Below are positions 19,547-29,046 of a stretch of DNA of 44,320 bases, piece after piece; the stretch's first letter is position 1; each line of letters starts with the position of its first letter. Under the pieces are notes generated by a model. That model searched no databases. It was not told the DNA's origin and worked only from the letters and a program-made list of their open reading frames with translations. The stretch lies in contig JAOUFE010000003.1 in assembly GCA_029858425.1 (NCBI GenBank), forward strand, positions 1 to 44,320, given 5' to 3'. The position numbers and the translations under genes were made by a program. This DNA comes from Spirochaetia bacterium (GTDB lineage Bacteria; Spirochaetota; Leptospiria; Turneriellales; JAOUFE01).

Positions 19547-21845
19547 GGAAGTCATAACCCAGCAATATTTTATACCTGTCGTAATACTTGCGGGTGATTT
19601 GTACATATGCGTAAGTTTCATCGGTGGGGATTTTTTCGAAAAAATACTCGGGATCTCCGCCTTCATACCGGTTTTCCCATTGATGGAGCCTGCCCGGTCC
19701 AGCATTATAGGCGATCGCCATTTTCTCAAAACTTCCATCTGAAACCTTGTTCAGCCATGAATAAAAAAATGATCCCAATATTATGGATTGCCCGGGATCA
19801 TACAAATTCATATTTTTCAATTTTAATCCCTTGTTGAGCCATTTGGCCGTTGCCGGCATTATTTGCATAAGCCCCCTGGCGCCGGACGGGCTTGTGGCTC
19901 CAGGATGAAAAGCAGATTCCTGCTTCATCAGGGCATATACGCTTGCCTCCTCAATGCCATACTTTTTGCTTGCGGCAGAAACCTCATCCCGAAATGGAGT
20001 CGGGAAAAGACAATGAGCCGCAAAAGATGAAAGCGTCATTATATCGACCTGTTTTCCGTAGAAACTCATCAGTAGCTTCATGTATGTAAATTTTAAATAC
20101 GCATCATTGGCAATAACGCCGGAATTTAAAAGGATCATATATTTTCTTTCGCTGTTGGTATCAAAGTTTAAATAATCTTCCGCCAGGTTATCATAGCCCA
20201 TGGCCGAGAACAGGGATGCTTTTTTTTCAACCGGCGTCATGGAGTTTACTGTCTCGTGGAGTTTTTTCTCAAATGTAATCCAGAATTTATCTACCCCAAA
20301 ATCATGTCTCTTGTTTTTTTCCTGAAAATACTCCTCCATGACAGATTTTTTATTGAAATTTTCAGCTATCCAGTCCCGCATGAGAGGTTGATTTTCAATG
20401 CCCTTGTTAAAAGCTCCCACCCCGCCTTCCGGCATTAAAGATGACGGAGTGGATAACACATTTATTTTTCGCAGAGCCGAAAAAGCATAAAAGTGTTCCG
20501 GAGAATTAACATAGACCTCTTTGTACATCTCGCGGGATTTTTCCAGTTGACCGTTTTTTTCGTACAGTCTTGCAAGAAAATAGCGGGATCTCCCCCCGAC
20601 GGAGACATTTACTGTCGCATCGCGCAACTCTAAAAGACATTTTATTGCAGAATCCGTATTTGATTTTTCCAGGAACTCAAAGCAAGCCCCAAAAAATACG
20701 CCTTCGGCATATTGAGAATCCCTGTCAAATTTGTTCAGGTATTGTTTGGCCGTCTCCATTCTATCGGGACTTTTAATTTTATCGAGGGCTCGTAATCGAA
20801 TCAGGGAAGGGTATCTCAATTCTGTTTGAGGAATCATCTGCGTTAGCAAAAAAAACTGCCCGTTGGAATAATACCGGTCTCCAAGATCGGTATATAATGC
20901 GTCCCTCTGCGATACGTCCAGCTTGCCTGCATGCTGATTCACCAGTTGAGTGCAGTGCGAAAACTGTCGTATATTGATATCCAGACGACAGTAGTTTTGA
21001 AGAAAGGTGAATATTCCTTTTCCGCTCAAACGCTGCGGATCAATGGATTTCCACATGGCAAGCGATTGGGGAAATTTTTTCTCCAGCCGCAGACCTTCAG
21101 CCCATTGTGTTTTTTTAAAATCGTCAACCTTTGTCAAGAGGGATGGGGAATTTTTACTTAAATATTCTATTTGATGTACACTTTTTATATACGCCCAGGT
21201 GTTGTCCGGAAAATTTAATACATAAAAATAATCATCAAAAGCTTCTTCTGTTTTTCCTGTTGCAAGTTCAAGCCCCCCAAGCTTCAGGTATAATACCGGG
21301 GATTGATAATCGACCAGGATTCTCCGGTACACTTCAATAGCCATAGGGGCATTTAAGCGTCCGATAATTTCAACACGCAGTTCCAGAGATCTTTTCTTCA
21401 AAATGTCATCAATATCTCCAGGAAGCATTTGCAAAACTGTGGAAGCCGACTCTGCGCTCTGGGTAATAAAAAATATCTGCGCTAAAGAAAAAACACAGTC
21501 ATAATATAAAGGCGATCTTCTTATGCCGGATTCCATATATTCAACAATAGTGGAAAGCGAACCACCCGGAGGAAAATCTTTATATTTAAAAGCAGCGCGC
21601 GCGTACCACAATATCGAATCTTTATATTGTTTTTCGTTTTGTAAAATCATGGCCATTAAATAAGATTCCGCATACGCAGGTTCTTTTACAGCCATGATCT
21701 TCTTTTTTAGTTCCACATTGTTCCTGCTGCGAACCAGAAAGTTATAATCTTTCATTAACGCTAAATCTGCTTCGTCAATGTCGTCGGCCAGGATATTGGA
21801 AGAAAGAAAAATACAAACAATTAGAAAGTACAAAAATTTGGTCAT
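19530..21845 (-). CDS. Soluble lytic transglycosylase with TPR-like helical N-terminus
   Basis: Signal peptide; C-terminal SLT motifs QESAF, ARGLMQIMP, AYNAGPG and ETYAYV. Confidence 0.92.
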   Translation of the reverse strand: MTKFLYFLIVCIFLSSNILADDIDEADLALMKDYNFLVRSRNNVELKKKIMAVKEPAYAESYLMAMILQNEKQYKDSILWYARAAFKYKDFPPGGSLSTIVEYMESGIRRSPLYYDCVFSLAQIFFITQSAESASTVLQMLPGDIDDILKKRSLELRVEIIGRLNAPMAIEVYRRILVDYQSPVLYLKLGGLELATGKTEEAFDDYFYVLNFPDNTWAYIKSVHQIEYLSKNSPSLLTKVDDFKKTQWAEGLRLEKKFPQSLAMWKSIDPQRLSGKGIFTFLQNYCRLDINIRQFSHCTQLVNQHAGKLDVSQRDALYTDLGDRYYSNGQFFLLTQMIPQTELRYPSLIRLRALDKIKSPDRMETAKQYLNKFDRDSQYAEGVFFGACFEFLEKSNTDSAIKCLLELRDATVNVSVGGRSRYFLARLYEKNGQLEKSREMYKEVYVNSPEHFYAFSALRKINVLSTPSSLMPEGGVGAFNKGIENQPLMRDWIAENFNKKSVMEEYFQEKNKRHDFGVDKFWITFEKKLHETVNSMTPVEKKASLFSAMGYDNLAEDYLNFDTNSERKYMILLNSGVIANDAYLKFTYMKLLMSFYGKQVDIMTLSSFAAHCLFPTPFRDEVSAASKKYGIEEASVYALMKQESAFHPGATSPSGARGLMQIMPATAKWLNKGLKLKNMNLYDPGQSIILGSFFYSWLNKVSDGSFEKMAIAYNAGPGRLHQWENRYEGGDPEYFFEKIPTDETYAYVQITRKYYDRYKILLGYDFPNQPF

Positions 21846-21851
21846 AACTTT

Positions 21852-22250
21852 TTAAACAAGCTTCAAAAACTCCCAAGGCAAACGTACAGGGCGTCCTTTT
21901 TTCAGGCAAATTGCAGTCATCCTGGCGTTTAAAATCAGGGTGTTCCGGGGTAAACCGAATATATCCTGGATAAAAATCATACGGACTTTGTTCTCCAGCA
22001 AAATCCGGCTGCCTATAATAAATTTTTCCGGGCTGCGCAATGAATATATATAATCAATTTCAGAGCGAATCAAAACCGGATCAATTCCGCTTTTGTGCAG
22101 ATCAACAAAATCAATATTCATGGTACGCAAAAAATCATGCCGCGCATGCTCCAGATAGTTTTGGTAAACGGCATTGTTTACAATTCCCTGCATATCACAT
22201 TCGTAATCTCGAACCTGGAGTTCTATAATATGCTGGTATTTATTTTTCAC
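21852..22250 (-). CDS. Acyl-CoA thioesterase (4HBT/YbgC/FadM family)
   Basis: VRDYECDMQGIVNNAVYQNYLEHAR; start set at GTG 22250 because the track's upstream ATG lies inside a repeat element. Confidence 0.88.
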   Translation of the reverse strand: MKNKYQHIIELQVRDYECDMQGIVNNAVYQNYLEHARHDFLRTMNIDFVDLHKSGIDPVLIRSEIDYIYSLRSPEKFIIGSRILLENKVRMIFIQDIFGLPRNTLILNARMTAICLKKGRPVRLPWEFLKLV

Positions 22251-22311
22251 ATCTAAAGAAATTCTGCGCGCAACAACCCGTCTACTCTTTTTAAGAGATA
22301 TTTGGATTTGA

Positions 22312-22347
22312 GAGCTTGGGCATGAACGCCAGTTCATGCCCAAGCTC
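22312..22347. mobile_element. 36-bp minimal family-A element (two TIRs plus 4-bp spacer)
   Basis: TTGA | GAGCTTGGGCATGAAC gcca GTTCATGCCCAAGCTC | TTGA. Confidence 0.8.
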
Positions 22348-22361
22348 TTGACGCCCCATTG

Positions 22362-24065
22362 GGGGCCAGGCCGGAACTCGCCAGATTTTTTGAATAATAC
22401 CTGTCATTTTGAAAATTATATAGGAAACCTGAGGTGTATTTGGAGTTTGGCATATGAAAAGAGTTAAGCCATCGATGAAATCACAGGGTATGATGTTTGC
22501 CGAATATTTTATAGATGATCGCCTGCCAGATGACCATGAGGTCTATGTTTTTGATGCATTGGTAGATGAGCATGATTTAAGAGAGATTATAGATTCATAT
22601 AGTAGTGAAGGCGGTAAAGTGTACAATCCGCGCGATATGGCAGCAATTCTTCTCTATGCTTATTCAAAAGGTATCACAAGCAGTTATCGCATCGCTGGGG
22701 AGGTTTGTACAAATCTTGCCTTTATTTATCTGGCGGGCGGCAATCAGATAAGTCGTCGAACGCTGTGCCAATTTCGTCGGAGAAATGCGAGTTTGCTTAA
22801 AAAATTATTTTCCTCAACGGTTCAAAATGCGATTGAGGTTGGCCTGATCGATCCGGATGGTTTATTTGCCATTGATGGGAGCAAATTTGCCGCAGATGCA
22901 AGTAAATCTAAAACAAAGACCAAAAAGGAATGGGTGGATCGGAAGGCAAAAATTGAATCCAGCATTGATCAATTTTTAGACGAGATTGAAGTAAATGACC
23001 TGGCCGAAGAAGGGCTTGAAGAGGAACGATCCCGCAAGTTTAAAGAAGCGATGCAGAAAATAAAAGACCGCAGAGAGAAAAAATTAAGTAAACCGGAGAC
23101 AAGAGAACTCAATCGCGTAGAAAAGCAGGTTTTTGAGCATGAGAAAATTGGAAGACTGCTTAAGCTTCATCCGGATTTGAAAGATGATGAGAATATCAAT
23201 TTAACCGATCCTGAAAGTCGTTTGCAAAAAAATGGTACCGGCGAATTTTTGCAGGGCTATAACGGCCAGATAATTACATCAAATCAGATCATCGTTTCAG
23301 CCGATCTAATACAGGATGAAAATGATCAGTACGCTTTGCAGCCGATGGTACAAAAACTGGAAAAAGAACTGCCAGAGAATGCGCAATTTAAATTTTTAGG
23401 CGACGCAGGTTATAATAGAGGCGAGAATTTAAAATGGTTAGACGGAAAGAAAAATATTGATCCGTATATTTCCATGGCAGATCGTCGCGAGGACAATAAA
23501 ACTGATCTGGAAAAAGCAACCGGCAATGATGCCTTTCAATACGATGAAAATGAAGATCGTTATATTTGTCCGACCGGAGAGCCTTTGGAATTTTTTAGAA
23601 ATCGGGAATCGAAGGGCAAATTATACAAAGATTATCGGGCAGCTATTTCGACGTGCCAGCAATGTCCCGGCCGACACAAATGTTTAAATACCGCCGCCGA
23701 TTTGAAAGCGGGCGCAAAAATAATCGCAGACGATGGAACGCTGGTTTTTCGCAAAGCAATGCGTGAAAAGATGGCCTTGCCTGAATCAAAAATCATTTAC
23801 GCTGAGCGAGCTGTCGAACCAGAACCTGTTTTTGGCCACATAAAATTCAATTTGGGGATCCGGCGATTCAGAATGCGGGGGTTTTCGGCTGTTAAAGGCG
23901 AATTTCTACTAATAAGCGCGGCAGTAAATCTCTCAAAGTTAGTCAGATTCAAGCAAAGGCTAACAATCCATACGATTTGATCAGAAAACCAATTCCACTC
24001 AACCATCCCCGGATGAAAATCTGTACCATGACACCTCGTGCGACCTGAAGTTCCGGCCTGGCCTC
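22362..24065 (+). mobile_element. IS1182-family insertion sequence, 1704 bp
   Basis: 17-bp TIRs GGGGCCAGGCCGGAACT / AGTTCCGGCCTGGCCTC (1 mismatch); 4-bp TSD ATTG (22358-22361, 24066-24069); single transposase ORF. Confidence 0.92.
22454..23980 (+). CDS. IS1182-family DDE transposase
   Basis: GGKVYNPR...LLYAYSKGITSSYRIA (DUF772-like), AIDGSK, NLTDPESR, GYNGQ, GDAGY, YICPTG, C..CP...C and EPVFGHIK..LGIRRF. Confidence 0.94.
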   Translation: MKRVKPSMKSQGMMFAEYFIDDRLPDDHEVYVFDALVDEHDLREIIDSYSSEGGKVYNPRDMAAILLYAYSKGITSSYRIAGEVCTNLAFIYLAGGNQISRRTLCQFRRRNASLLKKLFSSTVQNAIEVGLIDPDGLFAIDGSKFAADASKSKTKTKKEWVDRKAKIESSIDQFLDEIEVNDLAEEGLEEERSRKFKEAMQKIKDRREKKLSKPETRELNRVEKQVFEHEKIGRLLKLHPDLKDDENINLTDPESRLQKNGTGEFLQGYNGQIITSNQIIVSADLIQDENDQYALQPMVQKLEKELPENAQFKFLGDAGYNRGENLKWLDGKKNIDPYISMADRREDNKTDLEKATGNDAFQYDENEDRYICPTGEPLEFFRNRESKGKLYKDYRAAISTCQQCPGRHKCLNTAADLKAGAKIIADDGTLVFRKAMREKMALPESKIIYAERAVEPEPVFGHIKFNLGIRRFRMRGFSAVKGEFLLISAAVNLSKLVRFKQRLTIHTI

Positions 24066-24143
24066 ATTGGAGACTTTATGAAGAAAAAATTGTTCTTGAT
24101 CTGGAGGGAAGAAAAAAAATTATGTGTCAGAGAAGAGGATGCA

Positions 24144-24902
24144 ATGCCACGAAGACCGATACTTGCCGCAAACTGGAAAATGAACCTGACCTCCAATCAG
24201 TCCAAATTACTGGTGGACAGTATTTTGAACAATCTGGGCGCCCCGGTCAACTGTGAAATCATTCTTTTTCCATCTTTTTTACACATACCCATGATTGCTG
24301 AAAAAATTGCTGGCAAAAATATTGGCATTGGCGGTCAAAACCTTTACTTTGAAGAAAAGGGAGCCTATACCGGGGAAATAGCCGCTTTTCAACTGGTAGA
24401 CAGCGGCTGCACTCATGTTCTAATTGGGCATTCGGAAAGACGACACTACTTTCATGAAAACTATGAAACCGTAAATAAAAAAGTTCTGCGGGCGTTGTCT
24501 GCAGGTTTAAAGGTCATGCTTTGTGTGGGAGAATCTCTTGAAGAACGCGAAAACAATGTGACTGAAATGGTCGTTGTCGATCAAATTGAAAGCGCCATGC
24601 AAAATATCTCGCATAAAGATATGAACGATATTTCCATTGCATATGAACCTATCTGGGCCATTGGAACGGGCAGAATTGCCACTCCCGATGATGCGGCGCA
24701 TGTTCACCAGATAATTAGAAAAGCTCTGGGAAGAATATTCGACAAAGAAATTGCATCAAAAATTTGTATTCTATATGGCGGCTCGGTAAAACCAGACAAT
24801 ATTAAGGAAGTAATGGCTGAGGAAGATATTGACGGCGTGCTTGTTGGGGGAGCCAGCTTAAAAACCGATTCTCTTCTGGAACTAATGAGATTTTTAAATT
24901 AA
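24144..24902 (+). CDS. tpiA: Triosephosphate isomerase
   Basis: AANWKMN, IGHSERR, IAYEPIWAIGTG, YGGSVKP and LVGGASL; ATG 24144 has an AGAGGA RBS. Confidence 0.97.
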   Translation: MPRRPILAANWKMNLTSNQSKLLVDSILNNLGAPVNCEIILFPSFLHIPMIAEKIAGKNIGIGGQNLYFEEKGAYTGEIAAFQLVDSGCTHVLIGHSERRHYFHENYETVNKKVLRALSAGLKVMLCVGESLEERENNVTEMVVVDQIESAMQNISHKDMNDISIAYEPIWAIGTGRIATPDDAAHVHQIIRKALGRIFDKEIASKICILYGGSVKPDNIKEVMAEEDIDGVLVGGASLKTDSLLELMRFLN

Positions 24903-25023
24903 TCGGTATAATTTGTTCTTTTAAAATTTAGCTCAAATGTGATTCCTTTGATTTCATATTCAACATGATCCCGGACTGGAACTCAAAAATCAGCCTTATC
25001 ATTGGTATAAATAACCGTTTTTT

Positions 25024-25130
25024 GGGGATGTCTAAAAAGAAAAAATATCACCACGTAAAACATATGAGACAGGGAAACACGTAGATTAAAATATAGATAA
25101 TCTATTCTTTATATTCTCCGTGCCCTGGTA
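25024..25130. repeat. Truncated family-B element end
   Basis: GGGGATGTCTAAAAAGAAAAAATATCACCACG nearly equals the reverse complement of 8666-8698; remnant TTCTCCGTG arm at about 25114. Confidence 0.55.
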
Positions 25131-25153
25131 AAATTAAATTTAAGGAGTTCGCA

Positions 25154-25648
25154 ATGAAAAAAACAATTTTGATATTTACTGCTCTGGTTATCTTACAGAC
25201 AGGATGCAAGGGAAAATCACCAGGTTATGACGAGCGCATGGGCGATATGGCAGGCGACGCAAAACTTGCAGAAAACAATGTTACAAAGCTAATCAGAGTA
25301 GACGACCTTCATGTGGCGTTTGACTTTATGGCGATGCCCTACCACATGCAGATGATGAAACTCATGCACGCCGACATGAAATACGAAGAGGGAGCCACCC
25401 ACGGCCTTATGGTAACGGTAATGGATTACCAGACCAAGAAAATTCTCAAAGATGCGCAGGTCTCGCTGACCATTACGGCTCCCGACGGCAAGGTAACGCA
25501 GCATGAAACGGAAATCATGCACGGCGCGGGAATGCACCATTATGCCGTTCATCTCAAGGCAGCAGAGCGCGGAAATTATTTAATCAGCGCGCAGATCAAG
25601 CACAATGGGAAAACGTATAACGCCAAAACGGAGTTTACCACCAGGTAA
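25154..25648 (+). CDS. His/Met-rich lipoprotein, probably metal-binding (YtkA/iron-transport-like Ig fold)
   Basis: AAGGAG RBS, LQTGC lipobox, MAMPYHMQMMKLMH, THGLMV and MHGAGMHHYAVH. Confidence 0.7.
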   Translation: MKKTILIFTALVILQTGCKGKSPGYDERMGDMAGDAKLAENNVTKLIRVDDLHVAFDFMAMPYHMQMMKLMHADMKYEEGATHGLMVTVMDYQTKKILKDAQVSLTITAPDGKVTQHETEIMHGAGMHHYAVHLKAAERGNYLISAQIKHNGKTYNAKTEFTTR

Positions 25649-25733
25649 CCTTGAAGGTGTTTCAAGTCTTGCTTTTTAAAAGTTTTTTGGAAATATGGCT
25701 ACGCGGAGTTTATTAAACGACTCTCAAGATTTT

Positions 25734-25762
25734 TTGCCTTTTCCTCAATAATCCTCTACAAT
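25734..25762 (+). promoter_or_regulatory. Sigma70-like promoter for a leaderless vapB transcript
   Basis: TTGCCT-17 bp-TACAAT with ATG 7 nt downstream. Confidence 0.45.
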
Positions 25763-25768
25763 GGGTGC

Positions 25769-25976
25769 ATGAAACGTACAAATCTTGTGCTTGAGGATAA
25801 ATTGTTGCCAGAAGCTTTGAAGGTATCGGGCAGCCGACCTATTCGGCGGCAGTTCATGAAGCTCTTGAAGAATATTGTCGGTTGCCTCGTGTTCAGGAAA
25901 TTTACAAATTAAAAGATCTGGCATACGGAAAGAGGATCTGGCCGAAATACGCGCATTTCACAGCATCCTGACGTGA
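25769..25976 (+). pseudogene. Frameshifted VapB-type antitoxin pseudogene
   Basis: Three consecutive frames read MKRTNLVLEDKLLPEALKVSG / TYSAAVHEALEEYCR..RVQEIYKL / SGIRKEDLAEIR, matching ribbon-helix-helix VapB antitoxins; not in the ORF track. Confidence 0.75.
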
Positions 25977-26060
25977 ACATCGAAGTTCTTGCCCAGGCAT
26001 CTGACAACAGTATGAAAACAGTTGATTGACATAATATTCTAATATTTATATGTGGAATCC

Positions 26061-26690
26061 ATGAATTATAAAGAGCACTGGGAAAAAGTCTATACAGAAA
26101 AAAAACCAGATGAAGTCAGTTGGTTTCAGGAGCATCCCAAAACCTCCCTTGAACTAATATATTCCCTAAATGTAGATAAAAAAGCAAAAATTATAGACGT
26201 GGGCGGCGGCGATTCGCTGCTTGCAGATCATTTGCTGGATAATGGTTTTGAAAATATTACCGTTCTGGATATTTCAGGACATGCGATTGAACGAGCCAAA
26301 AAACGTCTTGGAGGCAACGCATTTAAAGTTACCTGGATTGAAAGCAATGTTCTGGATTTTAAACCGGAGCAAAAATTTGATCTATGGCATGATCGCGCTG
26401 CTTTTCATTTTTTGACAAAGCAGGAAGAAATTGACAAATATATTGAAGAGTGCCACAGATTTTTAAGTCCGCAGGGATTATTAATTCTCGGAACATTTTC
26501 TGACAGCGGCCCGGAAAAATGCAGCGGACTGGAAGTCCATCGCTATTCCGAAGAAAAACTCTCTGGTAGATTTAAAAATTATTTTGATAAAATCCGGTGT
26601 CTACATGAAAATCATGAAACCCCTTCGCACAAAATACAAAATTTTTTATTTTGCAGTTTTCGTCACATTTCCGTTGCAGGGGCAGTCTAA
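26061..26690 (+). CDS. Class I SAM-dependent methyltransferase
   Basis: HWEKVY...EVSWFQ, IIDVGGG, LDIS, WHDRAAFHFL and GPEKCSGL. Confidence 0.9.
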   Translation: MNYKEHWEKVYTEKKPDEVSWFQEHPKTSLELIYSLNVDKKAKIIDVGGGDSLLADHLLDNGFENITVLDISGHAIERAKKRLGGNAFKVTWIESNVLDFKPEQKFDLWHDRAAFHFLTKQEEIDKYIEECHRFLSPQGLLILGTFSDSGPEKCSGLEVHRYSEEKLSGRFKNYFDKIRCLHENHETPSHKIQNFLFCSFRHISVAGAV

Positions 26691-28726
26691 GCGGTTTCAG
26701 AGCCTTTTATTTCTACAATTCTCAATTGATATTTCTCAATACCCCTGAAATAATTTATTTGCGGTTCGGCAATAATTTTCAGCAATTCAAATTCCTGCAA
26801 ATTGTGTATTTCTTTGCCGAAGTTAAACCATACGGCTTCGATCAGTGTATTTTTTATTCCCGAAAAAGCAATTCGAGCATGATTCTTGTCTTTACCCATC
26901 GTTTTGTACGACATGGCTGCGGTAGGCTCAATTAAAAGACGCGGTCTTGGATTGCCGTTTCCGTAAGGCGCAAATATCTGTAACTCTTTCCACAATGAAG
27001 GGTAAAGGTCACAATCCCTGATTTCGATTACGGGAAAATCCTGAATATTACCTGAACGTTTGCTTTTGTTTTGGAGCAGCTCCCCCGATTTATCGATAAA
27101 TTTCTTAATAAAATCATCTTTTTTTTCATGTTCCAATGAAAAACCGGCCGCCTGAATATGGCCTCCAAATTGAACAAACCACGACGATAGCTCGGTTATA
27201 ATTTGCAGCACATTTTCATTTTGATACGATCTGACGGAACCTCTCAAATATTGGCCATCATTGACCAGCACCAGAGCCGGTTTTTCGTATTTTTCGGCCA
27301 ACTTGCTTGCGACAATCCCGGAAATCCCCCGGTGAATATCGGCGTGGTAACCAACTACTACGCTTTGATGAGGCTGGGATTTTATGGCATCTTCGAGAAG
27401 CAACAAGCTGCTTCTCGATAAGGCTTTTCGCTTTTCGTTTTCCTCTTTGAGTAAAAATGCATGCCTTGCACACTCCAAAGGATCTTTGTGAATCAAGGTA
27501 TTTAGCGCCAGTTTTGCCTGCCCCATTCGACCGGCAGCATTTATCGCCGGACCAAGGCTAAAGGCCAAATCTACTTCATTGATGGCAGTCCCGGAGAGAT
27601 CCATGACCTTTAGCAATTCCTTGATGCCATAAGTTAATCCTGATTTATCGTCGTTTAATACGGATAATCCTTCTGAAACAAGAATGCGGTTATCATCGGT
27701 CAGCAACATGGAGTCGGCAATGGTTCCTATGGCAGCCATGGGTAAATATGGCTTGATTTTATAATGGATTTTTTTCATTTTTATATTTTGGTATATAAAA
27801 AATTTTTCAATCATGGTGAGAGCCGACGGATATTTCTGTAGAAACAAGTCGACCTTTAAAAGACGTAAATTTTGGGCGCATTCTTCATTCCATAGTTTCA
27901 AAAAGCTATGTCCCTCCCCTTCAGAATATCCTGAATCGAATATTTTATCATATTGATCTCCGGAAACAGAGACTCCATTTTTAATAAAATAATCCGAATC
28001 GGCGCGAATTAAAACAGTTTTGTTATATTCCTCCGTAAAGGAATACGTTATGGCATATGCAAAAAGATAGGCAAGGCCTGATGTGCACATATTCCTTCGA
28101 GAATCATTGTGGGGCAGCATACAGGGATTTATAAAAGAATTTACCGCCGGATAATTTTCTTTATCTTCCGGAATGGAATGATGGTCAATGATGATAATTT
28201 TTAGATTTGGATGAACCGATTTTATGTAATCAAAGGAATCCTTGTTTGATGATCCATTATCAAGGGTGATTAGTACATCCGGAGTTTCTGCCAAAATTCT
28301 GTTGGCAACTTCCCGCGTAATACCATATTTGTCCTCAACGTCGGGAACCATAACCTTGATATGATCCTCCAAAACGCCCATTTTATCCCGCAGAAATAAA
28401 AATAAAATCGAAGATGAGCAAATGCCATCGGCATCCCGATCGCCATAAATCAACAGTTTCCTGTTCTGTCTGTTATGGAAAAAATCCTGTATAATTTCAA
28501 TAGCTTCATACATCCCCGAAAGATCAAAGGGGGACTTAATCAGGAAAAGATAAGGGAAAATATATTTCAGGTTTTTTTGAGTTACCTGAGTGTCCGTACG
28601 TTCCGAATGAATATTTGATTCAACCTGTAATTCGTTCCATTTCTGATAAATATATCGCTGAAATTCTGAAGGGGTATCCGTTAACAATTCAAGGTCTGAA
28701 AGAAAATCGGAAAAAGCAGAATCCAT
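26687..28726 (-). CDS. recJ: DHH-family single-stranded DNA exonuclease RecJ
   Basis: YGDRDADG, TLDNG, IIDHH, GTIAD, INAAGRM, GSVRS, FGGHIQAAG and PYGNGNP. Confidence 0.92.
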   Translation of the reverse strand: MDSAFSDFLSDLELLTDTPSEFQRYIYQKWNELQVESNIHSERTDTQVTQKNLKYIFPYLFLIKSPFDLSGMYEAIEIIQDFFHNRQNRKLLIYGDRDADGICSSSILFLFLRDKMGVLEDHIKVMVPDVEDKYGITREVANRILAETPDVLITLDNGSSNKDSFDYIKSVHPNLKIIIIDHHSIPEDKENYPAVNSFINPCMLPHNDSRRNMCTSGLAYLFAYAITYSFTEEYNKTVLIRADSDYFIKNGVSVSGDQYDKIFDSGYSEGEGHSFLKLWNEECAQNLRLLKVDLFLQKYPSALTMIEKFFIYQNIKMKKIHYKIKPYLPMAAIGTIADSMLLTDDNRILVSEGLSVLNDDKSGLTYGIKELLKVMDLSGTAINEVDLAFSLGPAINAAGRMGQAKLALNTLIHKDPLECARHAFLLKEENEKRKALSRSSLLLLEDAIKSQPHQSVVVGYHADIHRGISGIVASKLAEKYEKPALVLVNDGQYLRGSVRSYQNENVLQIITELSSWFVQFGGHIQAAGFSLEHEKKDDFIKKFIDKSGELLQNKSKRSGNIQDFPVIEIRDCDLYPSLWKELQIFAPYGNGNPRPRLLIEPTAAMSYKTMGKDKNHARIAFSGIKNTLIEAVWFNFGKEIHNLQEFELLKIIAEPQINYFRGIEKYQLRIVEIKGSETA

Positions 28727-28727
28727 T

Positions 28728-29036
28728 TTAGCTCATTATTGTAGTGCCGTTATGAACTCCGCCCCGGTCAACCTGAAGTTGCTTGCAATGAATATCGCCA
28801 AATATTTTTCCACTATTTTGTATGGTAACCAGTTCACAGTTGAGATTTCCGTATATTTCGCCCTTTAATGAAACCTGCCTGACCTGGATATCTCCTTTCA
28901 GATAGCCTCCGACATTAACCGACAAGGCTCCGTCGCTGACTATTTTTCCTTCTACCTTGCCGCTTATATCAACGCGACCTTCATAATAAATTTCACCCCG
29001 GAAGGCGATATCTTCGGTAATTTCTGATGTATCCAT
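28728..29036 (-). CDS. Bactofilin (polymer-forming cytoskeletal protein)
   Basis: Beta-helix repeats FRGEI, ISGKVEGKI, LKGDI, IYGNL, IFGDI and GGVHNG. Confidence 0.9.
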   Translation of the reverse strand: MDTSEITEDIAFRGEIYYEGRVDISGKVEGKIVSDGALSVNVGGYLKGDIQVRQVSLKGEIYGNLNCELVTIQNSGKIFGDIHCKQLQVDRGGVHNGTTIMS

Positions 29037-29046
29037 ATTTTTTCTT

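Noticed and set aside
22251-22343. N-terminal extension of the thioesterase in the ORF track
   Set aside because: Its start codons come from the 36-bp palindromic element; family similarity begins near GTG 22250
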